Virus record (IMG/VR): IMGVR_UViG_3300044642_000188
Strand: one strand, 5' to 3'
DNA: 32,335 nt
Source: a virus
Lineage: Duplodnaviria > Heunggongvirae > Uroviricota > Caudoviricetes
Positions 1 to 8,648 of the stretch are shown here, piece by piece. Position numbers and translations under genes: made by a program. Under the pieces are notes generated by a model. The model was not told where the DNA came from. It worked only from the letters and a program-made list of their open reading frames with translations, and ran no database searches. The stretch's first letter is position 1. Each line of letters starts with the position of its first letter.

Positions 1-624
1 TATTACAAAGAAATCCGTGAGGTGAGAAGCAAGGGCTTAACTGTCGTTACTACACAGGATATAACCAATGCAGAGAAGATTGTAGAAGAACTTAAGACTA
101 ATGATTTTACAGCACCAATTGTAAACCTAGTTAATAGTTCACGCTACAATGTATATAATCAGCTCCAGGTAGAAGGATATGTTGTATTTGGACACATGTT
201 CAAGAGCATGATGGATAAGGTGATTGTTGACCATACAGAGAAGACAATCCAGGTGTATGATCTTAAATGTACATGGTCCGTAGAGAATTTCTATGAAGAG
301 TATTATCTCTATCGTAGAGCTTATATACAGGGCTATTTGTATTTCTATGCAGCAAAGCAAATGTTTGATGAGTTAGTAGCTGTAGGATATGAGATATTAC
401 CTCCTAAGTTTATTGTATGTGACAGCACAAACTATGCATGTCCACTAGTATTTACAATGGATGATAAGTCATTCCAAGATGCTGAACAAGGATTTGAGCA
501 CAAAGGAAGAAAGTATCCTGGTGTTAAAAGTCTTGTTGATGACCTCAAATGGGCTATCAAGAATGATAAATGGAATATTTCAAAAGAGAATTATTTAAAT
601 AACGGGTTAGTAAAATTAGGCTAA
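1..624 (+). CDS. PD-(D/E)XK exonuclease-like protein, 5'-truncated at the window edge
   Basis: Frame is open from base 1 (YYKEIREVRSK...). It has a D-KVIVD...YDLK-T motif followed by Y-x-x-Q-x-x-L-Y, typical of phage RecB/lambda-exonuclease-like nucleases. Confidence 0.65.
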   Translation, partial: YYKEIREVRSKGLTVVTTQDITNAEKIVEELKTNDFTAPIVNLVNSSRYNVYNQLQVEGYVVFGHMFKSMMDKVIVDHTEKTIQVYDLKCTWSVENFYEEYYLYRRAYIQGYLYFYAAKQMFDELVAVGYEILPPKFIVCDSTNYACPLVFTMDDKSFQDAEQGFEHKGRKYPGVKSLVDDLKWAIKNDKWNISKENYLNNGLVKLG

Positions 625-1175
625 TGGATGCGATAAAGACGATTACCACTATATTCATTGTTCCAATATTCAGTATTGATAAGGAAAAACTAAAAACTAA
701 TGGGTTCGTCAATGGTTTTATAAAAGATAGCAGAAGAGATATACAATACAAGGATTCTGTCTATCTTTTATTTAAGCCTGAAGACCTAGATAAATTTAAA
801 GTGTTTCTAGATGGTGAATATGAAAGAACTAAGTCTATTATAGATGATTATGATTATGAAGAGGGGTATGTTGTTGTGGTTTATCAAATCAATCCAAGGC
901 TAATGCCTGATATAGAATTGGTAAAACAGGGCAAATATTCCCAAACTTCTACCAAATTCCAGCAGATTTTCCCTAAAATTATCAAAATTAACAAACATGG
1001 CTTCCAAAAAGATGAACTCTCTCTTCAATATCGAGTCTTTAATAAGACAGAAGATTTAAAGCAGTTCTGGGAAGAAAAGTTTGACATGACATTTGATGAT
1101 GATATGGAAGTCTGGCATGGTTTTATAGAAGAAAAAGAGATTCTTGACCTAGATAAAATCAAAGAACATGTATAA
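624..1175 (+). CDS. Hypothetical protein, 183 aa
   Basis: Long ORF coupled to the upstream stop by a TAATG overlap; no motif recognised. Confidence 0.75.
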   Translation: MDAIKTITTIFIVPIFSIDKEKLKTNGFVNGFIKDSRRDIQYKDSVYLLFKPEDLDKFKVFLDGEYERTKSIIDDYDYEEGYVVVVYQINPRLMPDIELVKQGKYSQTSTKFQQIFPKIIKINKHGFQKDELSLQYRVFNKTEDLKQFWEEKFDMTFDDDMEVWHGFIEEKEILDLDKIKEHV

Positions 1176-1380
1176 CAAAGAAGTGCTAGAAGAACTAGTA
1201 AAGAAGTTTGGTATAGAAAATACCATTCTGTTCTGTAAAATGGAAGCTCTCAAGAATGCTGTTCTATACGAAGACTGTATTAAGAACGATCAAAATACAA
1301 CAGATTGTATAGAGTTTGATTTTGAGAGGGACTGGTGGCAGAACAAATATGAAGAACTAAATAAAACAAATTCGTTATGA
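1168..1380 (+). CDS. Hypothetical protein, 70 aa
   Basis: Overlaps both neighbours by 4-8 nt in operon style. Confidence 0.65.
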   Translation: MYNKEVLEELVKKFGIENTILFCKMEALKNAVLYEDCIKNDQNTTDCIEFDFERDWWQNKYEELNKTNSL

Positions 1381-1739
1381 CAGGATTAGAACTATTAGAA
1401 AAGTATGACAAAGCAGCTATTGTTATCAAGCAGTATTATTTGAATAGCATGTTAGAGTCTCTGAAGGATGATAATCTTCCAGAGAACTTTAAAGAATATG
1501 CTCGTCAAACAACTATTGATAATGATAAGATAGGTAAGCTCATAGATGTACAGCCTAGAGGATTATTTGATGTGTTTGATACCAACAAGATATACATTGG
1601 AATTACTCCTAATATATTAATTGGTGGTATGGAATTCAAATATACCATAGGTGACATCACTGGTGAGCAGCCTACAAGAAAGGAAGTTGAGAAAATAGCT
1701 GTTGAAAAAGCATTTGAAATCTTAAACAATAAGTTATGA
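1377..1739 (+). CDS. Hypothetical protein, 120 aa
   Basis: ATGA overlaps on both sides. Confidence 0.7.
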   Translation: MTGLELLEKYDKAAIVIKQYYLNSMLESLKDDNLPENFKEYARQTTIDNDKIGKLIDVQPRGLFDVFDTNKIYIGITPNILIGGMEFKYTIGDITGEQPTRKEVEKIAVEKAFEILNNKL

Positions 1740-2035
1740 TCTACAATAATGACATAGACCCAAATGTAGAAATGTGGCAAAAAGAAAGTGATCAAGTAGT
1801 CTTATCAGTTATTGATAAGTATACTAAGCGTAGTGAGGTGGGGATTGCCAAGTATGGCACCACTCTACAAACTAATAACAAAGACAATTTTCTCAAACAT
1901 CTGCAGGAAGAACTAATGGATGCAACGCTCTATATAGAGAAGCTTATGACCCTTGAAAAGGAAATAACTAATCTAGTTAGAAATCATCCTAATGATGCAG
2001 AACTTGGTTGGAAAATAAGAGATTTAGTTAAGTAG
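1736..2035 (+). CDS. MazG-like / all-alpha NTP pyrophosphohydrolase-like protein
   Basis: KYGTTL...LKHLQEELMDATLYIEK carries an EExxD acidic helix, as in a common phage family; it lies directly upstream of the RNR. Confidence 0.5.
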   Translation: MIYNNDIDPNVEMWQKESDQVVLSVIDKYTKRSEVGIAKYGTTLQTNNKDNFLKHLQEELMDATLYIEKLMTLEKEITNLVRNHPNDAELGWKIRDLVK

Positions 2036-2050
2036 AATTTTTGAAATGTC

Positions 2051-2081
2051 TTGGTTTATAAGAAGGGCGGTTGTACATTTG
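2051..2081 (+). promoter_or_regulatory. Bacteroidota-type housekeeping promoter for nrdJ
   Basis: TTG (2051-2053), 20-nt spacer, TACATTTG (2074-2081), matching the TAnnTTTG -7 consensus; an A-rich leader follows. Confidence 0.55.
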
Positions 2082-2096
2082 CAACCCCCTTTTTTT
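2063..2096 (+). terminator. Rho-independent terminator
   Basis: Stem AAGGG(C)GGTTG / CAACC-CCCTT followed by a run of 7 T. Confidence 0.6.
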
Positions 2097-2120
2097 AACT
2101 AATTAAAAACAAAACAAAAC

Positions 2121-3977
2121 ATGGATTTAGGATTAGATGCGTTAAGTAAAATAACGATTTTTAGTAAGTATGCAAAGTATGTCCCAGAACTAAAGAGAAG
2201 AGAAACCTGGGATGAGATAGTAGATAGATATCAGACAATGATGATCAAGAAATATCCTAAATTACAAGATGCTATTATAGAGAGTGCCAAGTTTATCAGA
2301 GATAAGAAGGTGTTACCATCTATGAGGGCTCTTCAGTTTGCTGGTCCAGCTATGGAAGTAAATAACGCTAGGGGATATAACTGTGCTTATCTGCCAGTGG
2401 ATAGTCTGTATAGCTTCAGTGAGACTATGTTCTTATTATTAGGTGGTTCAGGTGTTGGTTTTTCTGTACAGAAGCACCATGTAGCTCAATTACCAGCTAT
2501 TAAGAAGCAACAGAGCTACAAACAAAAGAACTATCTTATTGAGGATAGTATTATGGGATGGGCTGATGCTGTGAAGGTGTTAGTTAAGTTCTATTTTGAG
2601 GGTGGTTATAAGCCTAAGTTTGACTTTAGAGCCATTCGTGAGAAAGGAGCTAGACTGGTAACAGCTGGTGGTAAAGCACCTGGTCCTGAACCATTAAAGA
2701 TTGCATTAGCTCACATTGATGCTATTATGGAGCGTAAAGAAGATGGTAGTAAACTATCTCCTCTAGAATGCCATGATATTATGTGTCACATTGCTAACAG
2801 TGTCCTTGCAGGTGGTATTAGAAGATCAGCTATGATTTCTCTATTCAGCCATGACGATGAGGAAATGATTACATGTAAGTATGGTGACTGGTGGGAGACT
2901 AATGAACAACGTGGTAGAAGTAATAACTCAGCTGTCCTTAAAAGAGGTGAGGTGAGTGAAGAAGAATTCATGGCTCTATGGAAAAGAATTGAAGCATCAG
3001 GAAGCGGTGAACCAGGTATCTATTGGTCTAACGACTTAGATTGGGGAACTAATCCTTGTTGTGAAATTGGATTACGTCCATTCCAATTCTGTAACCTATG
3101 TGAAGTGAATGTATCTGATATTGTGGACCAAGACGATCTTAATGAGAGAGTGGCAATTGCTGCATTCTTTGGTACATTACAAGCAGGTTTCTTTGACTTT
3201 CATTACTTACGTCCTATCTGGCAAAAGACTACACAGAAAGACGCTCTATTAGGTATTGGTATGACTGGTATTGGTTCAGGAGAAATCCTTAAATATGACC
3301 TAGAACTAGTGGCTAATACAGCTAAAACTATGAATAGGGACCTATCAGCTCTTATTGGTACTAATGAAGCAGCTCGTATTACATGTATTAAACCTTCTGG
3401 TACAACTAGCCTTGTGTTAGGTACAGCTAGTGGTATACATGCATGGCATGCTCCTCACTATCTAAGAACAATGAGATTTAACAAGAATGAAGACATTGCT
3501 ATGTACTTAGAGATTAACCATCCTGAACTATGTGAAGATGATGTATTACGTCCTAAGGATACAGTGTGTGTACGCATTCCAGTTCAAGCTCCTGAAGGAT
3601 CTATATTTAGAACTGAGTCTCCACTAGATACATTAGAGCGTGTTAAGAAGTTCTCTACAGAATGGATTAAACCAGGTCATAGCAATGGAGCCAATACACA
3701 CAACGTAAGTGCTACTATTTCTATTGCAGATGAGTGGGAAGCTGTAGGTAATTGGATGTGGGACAATAGAGAGGTGTATAATGGTTTATCTGTATTACCA
3801 TTCTTTGGTGGTACGTATAAACAAGCTCCTTTTGAAGACATCACAGAAGAGGAATACAACAACCGCATTAAATCATTGAAATCCATTGACTTAACAAAAG
3901 TGATGGAGATAGATGATACTGTAGACTTTGGTGCTATCCAAGCTTGCGGAGGTGGTGCTTGTGAAGTAAACATCTAA
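2121..3977 (+). CDS. nrdJ: Class II (adenosylcobalamin-dependent) monomeric ribonucleoside-triphosphate reductase
   Basis: YNCAY, GGIRRSAMISL, TNPCCEI, FCNLCEV and KPSGTTSL motifs plus a C-terminal ACGGGAC redox pair; 618 aa; no nrdB adjacent. Confidence 0.92.
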   Translation: MDLGLDALSKITIFSKYAKYVPELKRRETWDEIVDRYQTMMIKKYPKLQDAIIESAKFIRDKKVLPSMRALQFAGPAMEVNNARGYNCAYLPVDSLYSFSETMFLLLGGSGVGFSVQKHHVAQLPAIKKQQSYKQKNYLIEDSIMGWADAVKVLVKFYFEGGYKPKFDFRAIREKGARLVTAGGKAPGPEPLKIALAHIDAIMERKEDGSKLSPLECHDIMCHIANSVLAGGIRRSAMISLFSHDDEEMITCKYGDWWETNEQRGRSNNSAVLKRGEVSEEEFMALWKRIEASGSGEPGIYWSNDLDWGTNPCCEIGLRPFQFCNLCEVNVSDIVDQDDLNERVAIAAFFGTLQAGFFDFHYLRPIWQKTTQKDALLGIGMTGIGSGEILKYDLELVANTAKTMNRDLSALIGTNEAARITCIKPSGTTSLVLGTASGIHAWHAPHYLRTMRFNKNEDIAMYLEINHPELCEDDVLRPKDTVCVRIPVQAPEGSIFRTESPLDTLERVKKFSTEWIKPGHSNGANTHNVSATISIADEWEAVGNWMWDNREVYNGLSVLPFFGGTYKQAPFEDITEEEYNNRIKSLKSIDLTKVMEIDDTVDFGAIQACGGGACEVNI

Positions 3978-4156
3978 TGGAAAAAAAAGAATTCATAAAA
4001 GATAAACATTACTACTTGGAGGGAAATAGAGTTGTATTCACATCTCTGTTTCTCATCCAACGTGGTGAGTGTTGTGCAAACGGGTGTAAACACTGCCCAT
4101 ATACCAAACCAAGAAAAAAAGGTAATACTCTTCTAGAAGAAGAGAAAAAAATATAG
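3977..4156 (+). CDS. 59-aa Cys-rich protein, DUF5522-like (missed by the ORF track)
   Basis: Hand translation: MEKKEFIKDKHYYLEGNRVVFTSLFLIQRGECCANGCKHCPYTKPRKKGNTLLEEEKKI. TAATG-coupled to nrdJ; CCxxGCxHCPY motif. Confidence 0.8.
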   Translation: MEKKEFIKDKHYYLEGNRVVFTSLFLIQRGECCANGCKHCPYTKPRKKGNTLLEEEKKI

Positions 4157-4183
4157 TGTTCTGTGTTCTGTTTTGATTATGAA

Positions 4184-4216
4184 AGCCCTGGTATATCTAT
4201 ACTGGGGCTATTTTTT
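4184..4216 (+). terminator. Rho-independent terminator
   Basis: Stem AGCCCTGGTAT / ATACTGGGGCT (two G-U pairs) followed by a T-rich tract. Confidence 0.65.
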
Positions 4217-4241
4217 ATTTTTTATTTTGTAAAATTATTCG

Positions 4242-4249
4242 TAAATTTG
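4242..4249 (+). promoter_or_regulatory. Possible -7 promoter box upstream of recA
   Basis: TAAATTTG matches TAnnTTTG 20 nt before the ATG; no correctly spaced -33 TTG was found. Confidence 0.4.
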
Positions 4250-4269
4250 TATCTATAAAACCAACAATT

Positions 4270-5304
4270 ATGGCAAAAGCAAAGGAAACCTCAGAGGGCA
4301 AAAGTAAGTATCAAGAAGCCCTTGAGAAATTAAACAAAGCTTACGGTGTAGGAACAATCCTAACACTAGAAAGCAAAACAGATGGTGAGTATGACATTAT
4401 CAGTACAGGGAGTATTGGTTTTGATTACATCACTTTAGGAACTGGAGGATTTGTAAAAGGTAAGATGTATGAACTAATGGGCTGGGAGGGTAGTGGTAAG
4501 TCTACAATTTGTGGTCATGCTGTAGCAGAGTGTCAAAAAAAGGGAGGCACTGTGTTATATATTGATGGCGAGCATGCTGTAGATAAACATTACTTTCAAG
4601 CTCTAGGTGTAGACACTACCAAGATGTTGATTGCTCAACCAAGCTGCGGTGAGGAAGGCTTTAACATTGCTATGGAAATGATTCAAACAGGAGATGTTGA
4701 TCTTGTTATCATTGACTCTGATAGCTCATTGATTCCTAAGAAACAATTAGATGGTGATGTGGGTGATAGCACTATCGGTTACAAAGCTAGATTGAATAGC
4801 AATGCATATCCAAAACTAAAAGGTGCCCTATCACAACATAATGTATGTGTTATTGTTGTAAGTCAATATCGTGAGAAGATTGGTGTCATGTTTGGTAACC
4901 CTACAACAACTCAGGGTGGTCATGCATTGAAGTTTTACACTGATGTAAGAATAGAAGTGAGCAAGAGCTTAGCTAAGGAAGGTGATGTAAACTATGGTAA
5001 TATTACCAAGGTGAAAGCTGTAAAGAACAAGATGAGTTCTCCTTATAAGCTACATGCATTTGATATTGTATATGGTGAGGGTATTGATAAGGTGGGTGAG
5101 ATTATGGAACTTCTTAATGAGTTTGAACTTGGTAGGAAGTATGGTAAGACATTCACATTCAATGAAATAAAGTATGATCTTGACCAGTTTAAAGCTATGT
5201 TGTTAGACAACGAAGAGTTTTACAATGAAATCAAGACTAGTATTATTAACAAAATTAATCAAACTGAAATTAAAATCGAAGAAGATGTTACAAGTGAAAT
5301 TTAA
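4270..5304 (+). CDS. recA: RecA-family recombinase
   Basis: IISTGS motif, Walker A GWEGSGKST, YIDGEHA, Walker B LVIIDS, QYREKIGVMFGNP, GGHALKFY, KVKAVKNK. Confidence 0.96.
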   Translation: MAKAKETSEGKSKYQEALEKLNKAYGVGTILTLESKTDGEYDIISTGSIGFDYITLGTGGFVKGKMYELMGWEGSGKSTICGHAVAECQKKGGTVLYIDGEHAVDKHYFQALGVDTTKMLIAQPSCGEEGFNIAMEMIQTGDVDLVIIDSDSSLIPKKQLDGDVGDSTIGYKARLNSNAYPKLKGALSQHNVCVIVVSQYREKIGVMFGNPTTTQGGHALKFYTDVRIEVSKSLAKEGDVNYGNITKVKAVKNKMSSPYKLHAFDIVYGEGIDKVGEIMELLNEFELGRKYGKTFTFNEIKYDLDQFKAMLLDNEEFYNEIKTSIINKINQTEIKIEEDVTSEI

Positions 5305-5716
5305 AAAGATCTCTGACAACACTATTGTTCCAGCAAGAGCAAGTTTAGATGCAGCATGTTATGATGTATATGCACATTCCATTGTACATAAAGATGATGG
5401 TAAAGTTGTTGTTGGATTAGGGTTTAAGACAGAAATTCCTACAGGTTATAAAGCTGTATTAGTTCCCCGTAGTAACTTAACTAAATACCACTGGGTGATG
5501 AACAACTCCATAGGTATTATTGACTCTGATTACCGTGGTGAGTGGATATGTATATTCACCACTACAAAAGAAGGAGAAGATTTTCCTTATAATGTAGGTG
5601 ATAGAGTGGCACAGTTCTATCTAGATGAGGTGTATAACATTGCATTCTTAGAAGTTGCAGCCCTATCAGATACAGATAGAGGTGATGGTGGATTTGGATC
5701 AACTGGTCTTAAGTAA
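5285..5716 (+). CDS. dut: Trimeric dUTPase (start re-called at ATG 5285, MLQVKFKK)
   Basis: AACYDVYA, PRSNL, GIIDSDYRGE, RVAQF and RGDGGFGSTG motifs. Confidence 0.95.
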   Translation: MLQVKFKKISDNTIVPARASLDAACYDVYAHSIVHKDDGKVVVGLGFKTEIPTGYKAVLVPRSNLTKYHWVMNNSIGIIDSDYRGEWICIFTTTKEGEDFPYNVGDRVAQFYLDEVYNIAFLEVAALSDTDRGDGGFGSTGLK

Positions 5717-6114
5717 TGGCTACATGTAAAACCTGTGGTAAAAACTGTGAGGGAGAATACTGTTTCAAGCACAAACCTAGAAAACCTTTATCCTCTGCGA
5801 AAGGATTTAAGGTGAAGGTCCCTGACAAACATCCTATTACAGAGATTAATCCTATGAAGGATTTGTTTCTGCGTATATGGAAAACAAGACCTCGTAAATC
5901 AGAGGTTAGTGGGGATTATTTAATAGGTAGTGTGTCAACAGCATTCTTCCATCACATTTTACCAAAAGAAAAATATCCTCAAGCTGCATTAGATGAAGAA
6001 AATATCATACTTTTGACATTGAATGAACATGATCAAGTAGAGAGTGATATTTATAGGTTTGAGGAAGTAAACAAGAGACGTGAACATTTAAAACAAAAGT
6101 ATGAAATTAGCTGA
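5716..6114 (+). CDS. HNH/NinG-like nuclease-fold protein with an N-terminal Cys/His finger
   Basis: CKTC...CxxxYCFKH at the N-terminus; HHILPK...ENIILLTLNEH resembles an HNH core lacking the usual CxxCH. Confidence 0.55.
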   Translation: MATCKTCGKNCEGEYCFKHKPRKPLSSAKGFKVKVPDKHPITEINPMKDLFLRIWKTRPRKSEVSGDYLIGSVSTAFFHHILPKEKYPQAALDEENIILLTLNEHDQVESDIYRFEEVNKRREHLKQKYEIS

Positions 6115-6550
6115 GGGAATAATAATAGGTATATCTATAGGATTGATGATAGCTACAGCTGTTTGGACAATAGACAAAAAGCCTACAGATCCTTATCATA
6201 AGGTGTATACAATACCTGCTGGAACATTTGATCTGGATGTACAAATCATTGTTACAGAGGATACAGCATTTGCTGCTAAGTATATAACTACCAACTTTGA
6301 CAGTAGTCTTAAGAGTCCTAATTTAGATGCTAGAGCTGTAACATTTGGTACAGCTGATGGTAAACCTCCTATCATATGGTTCTCAGACATTGAGGACTCA
6401 TCTATTGTACAACATGAATTACTCCATGTAACAATAGACATGATGAAATGGGCAGGTATTGAGCTAAATGATGAAACAGAAGAGGTGTACACCTACCAGT
6501 TACAGTATTTAACAAAACAATTTTATAAACAAGTAAACCAAAACAAATGA
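6101..6550 (+). CDS. Membrane-anchored zincin-like (HEXXH) protein
   Basis: Hydrophobic N-terminal helix IIIGISIGLMIATAVWTI; QHELLH motif with a downstream EEVYTY glutamate. Confidence 0.55.
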   Translation: MKLAEGIIIGISIGLMIATAVWTIDKKPTDPYHKVYTIPAGTFDLDVQIIVTEDTAFAAKYITTNFDSSLKSPNLDARAVTFGTADGKPPIIWFSDIEDSSIVQHELLHVTIDMMKWAGIELNDETEEVYTYQLQYLTKQFYKQVNQNK

Positions 6551-6816
6551 GCAATTTATTCTTTTACACAAGAAAAGAAGGTGAGAACACCTTTACAGAA
6601 TGTTTTAACTTAAACAAAGTTATTAGATCAATTGCAGGTGCTGAACCTGGAAAACTTATCATTTTATTAGATGATATGTACGAAACTTCTAGAGATATAC
6701 AAACTCCAAATCTTAAAACAAACAAATTAGAAGTGAAGAGAGTAAGAGAATCAATGCAATCTCAAATCTTTTTAGAAGGAGAAGACGTTACAAGATTTAA
6801 CAATTTAAACAAATAA
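6547..6816 (+). CDS. Hypothetical protein, 89 aa
   Basis: ATGA overlap with the upstream gene; A-rich leader. Confidence 0.7.
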   Translation: MSNLFFYTRKEGENTFTECFNLNKVIRSIAGAEPGKLIILLDDMYETSRDIQTPNLKTNKLEVKRVRESMQSQIFLEGEDVTRFNNLNK

Positions 6817-6818
6817 TC

Positions 6819-7106
6819 ATGCCAAAGTTATTAGGAAACAGAGTGTTATTAGAATTACCTCCACAAGAAGAGGAAAGCAAGATTGTTGTAGACGAGAACA
6901 CAAAAGAAGCATTACAAAGAGAATTGCTTAACAAGATGTCTAAACTAAAAGTGTTACAAGTTGGCACTATTGTTACAGAGATTAAAGCAGGTGACTGGGT
7001 TTTAGTAGATCCAGCAGCTTTAAACAAAGCTACATTAGTTCCAATTAATAAAAATGATGACCGTGCAATATTAGTATCACCATTTGATATTATTCAAATC
7101 TGGTAA
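6819..7106 (+). CDS. groES: GroES/Cpn10-like co-chaperonin
   Basis: KLLGNRVLLE, a mobile-loop-like segment, KVLQVG, EIKAGDWVL; 95 aa. Confidence 0.75.
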   Translation: MPKLLGNRVLLELPPQEEESKIVVDENTKEALQRELLNKMSKLKVLQVGTIVTEIKAGDWVLVDPAALNKATLVPINKNDDRAILVSPFDIIQIW

Positions 7107-7107
7107 T

Positions 7108-7785
7108 ATGAAAATAAAAGCATTCATAATAATGTATAATAGGTTAACTATTCCTAAGAAGCTAGCTGAAAATCTAGCTGATACAGGATGTGAACCTATT
7201 TTATTGGATAATAGTTCTACTTATCCTCCATTGTTAGAATGGTACAAAAGCTGCCCTTTCAAAGTCCATACCTTTAATCAAAGGTATGGCGAAAGGGTGT
7301 TTTGGGATTCAGGACTATTCAATCAATATAACGATGAATATTATATTGTTACAGACCATGATTTAGATATCTCTAATGTTCCCCCAGACTACACAGAAAT
7401 GTTAATAAAGGGGCTAGAAAACCAAGATATAACTAAATGTGGTTTGTCTTTAGACATAGATGATTTACCAGATACACCTTATGGGAAAGATGTAATAGGT
7501 TGTGAATTAAAGTATTGGGGAGATAAAGACTTTTTAGGAAACTATATAGCAGGAGTAGATACCACATTTGCAATGTACGATAGAAAAAGACAAACTCCAG
7601 GTTGGGATCATGGAGATAAATTCTATTATGGTAGTAGACTTCCTAAACCTTATACAGCAAAACATATGCCTTGGTATCTCACTGAAGAATCTTTTGCATC
7701 AAACGAAGAAGAAAAATATTACCACACAGGATGTACCAACTTTTGGTCCACTGTATTTAAAAGAAGACACAATATAAAAATATGA
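7108..7785 (+). CDS. GT-A fold (GT2-like) glycosyltransferase (start re-called at ATG 7108)
   Basis: IIMYNR, ILLDNSST, YYIVTDHDLD (DxD), VDTTFAMY. Confidence 0.8.
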   Translation: MKIKAFIIMYNRLTIPKKLAENLADTGCEPILLDNSSTYPPLLEWYKSCPFKVHTFNQRYGERVFWDSGLFNQYNDEYYIVTDHDLDISNVPPDYTEMLIKGLENQDITKCGLSLDIDDLPDTPYGKDVIGCELKYWGDKDFLGNYIAGVDTTFAMYDRKRQTPGWDHGDKFYYGSRLPKPYTAKHMPWYLTEESFASNEEEKYYHTGCTNFWSTVFKRRHNIKI

Positions 7786-8648
7786 AAATAATAAACGCAA
7801 CTTACGGAAACGTTGATTGTACAAAACAACTACAATATAAAGTTAAAAACAATGCGTTAGTCATTAGAGCAACTAATGATATTATTGGCGATCCTTCTCC
7901 AGGAAACGTTAAAGAACTTATTGTAGACATGGAGATAGATGGTAACACCGTTAGACATAGCGTGAAAGAACATCAATTGTTTGTCTATCCTAAAACTAAA
8001 AAAGATAGATTGGGTATATTTTATTCTAACAATAATACACCTGTTATCTATCCTGCTATTAGAGCATCTTTAACATCTATCCAGAAAGCTGCAGAAGAAA
8101 AAGCAGACATATATACATGTATGTGGAACCATGAGCCTTCTAATCCTTTTATAGAATATATAGCTTGGACAAAAACATCTTCTCATTTGAATCAATTGTT
8201 GCAAGTTATGCAACTGTTATACAACGCTAGACAAGTTAATAACTATACGTATGTATCTTTCTTAGAACATGATGTATTATATCCAGAAGGATACTTTGAT
8301 TATCCTGAGTTTGGTGCAGGTGAGGTTTGGACTAACATGAACTACATAGGAATTAATAAAGAAGGTTACCAACCACAAGGTGCTAAACATGAACCTTTCC
8401 ATCAAATGACTATGAGATTTGATGATGCAATAAAGCATTGCGAATCTATTCTTGAGAATGCATTAATAACTAACAGTGGATTAATGGAACAACAAAACAA
8501 TAGACATCAATGGGAGTGTGTGAATCCTGCTATTCACATCAATCATGGTTATCACTTTACATCGCATAATAGCATCTATCTTAAAGAAGGAATCTATCAA
8601 GAACATCCGTATTGGGGAAGTTTTGAAAAATGGAAACACTTGTTCTAA
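7782..8648 (+). CDS. SUEL/DUF3395-like lectin module fused to a GT-A-like domain
   Basis: N-terminal IINATYG...GDPSPGNVKELIVD; C-terminal VSFLEHDVLYP (DxD-like) and INHGYHFT. Confidence 0.55.
   Translation: MKIINATYGNVDCTKQLQYKVKNNALVIRATNDIIGDPSPGNVKELIVDMEIDGNTVRHSVKEHQLFVYPKTKKDRLGIFYSNNNTPVIYPAIRASLTSIQKAAEEKADIYTCMWNHEPSNPFIEYIAWTKTSSHLNQLLQVMQLLYNARQVNNYTYVSFLEHDVLYPEGYFDYPEFGAGEVWTNMNYIGINKEGYQPQGAKHEPFHQMTMRFDDAIKHCESILENALITNSGLMEQQNNRHQWECVNPAIHINHGYHFTSHNSIYLKEGIYQEHPYWGSFEKWKHLF

Noticed and set aside
139-3973. Minus-strand ORFs at 139-360, 557-751, 1505-1795, 2786-2971 and 3677-3973
   Set aside because: Antisense shadows of well-supported + strand genes; no motifs or leaders.
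2121-5304. Intein or intron in nrdJ or recA
   Set aside because: Both have normal length and contiguous motifs.
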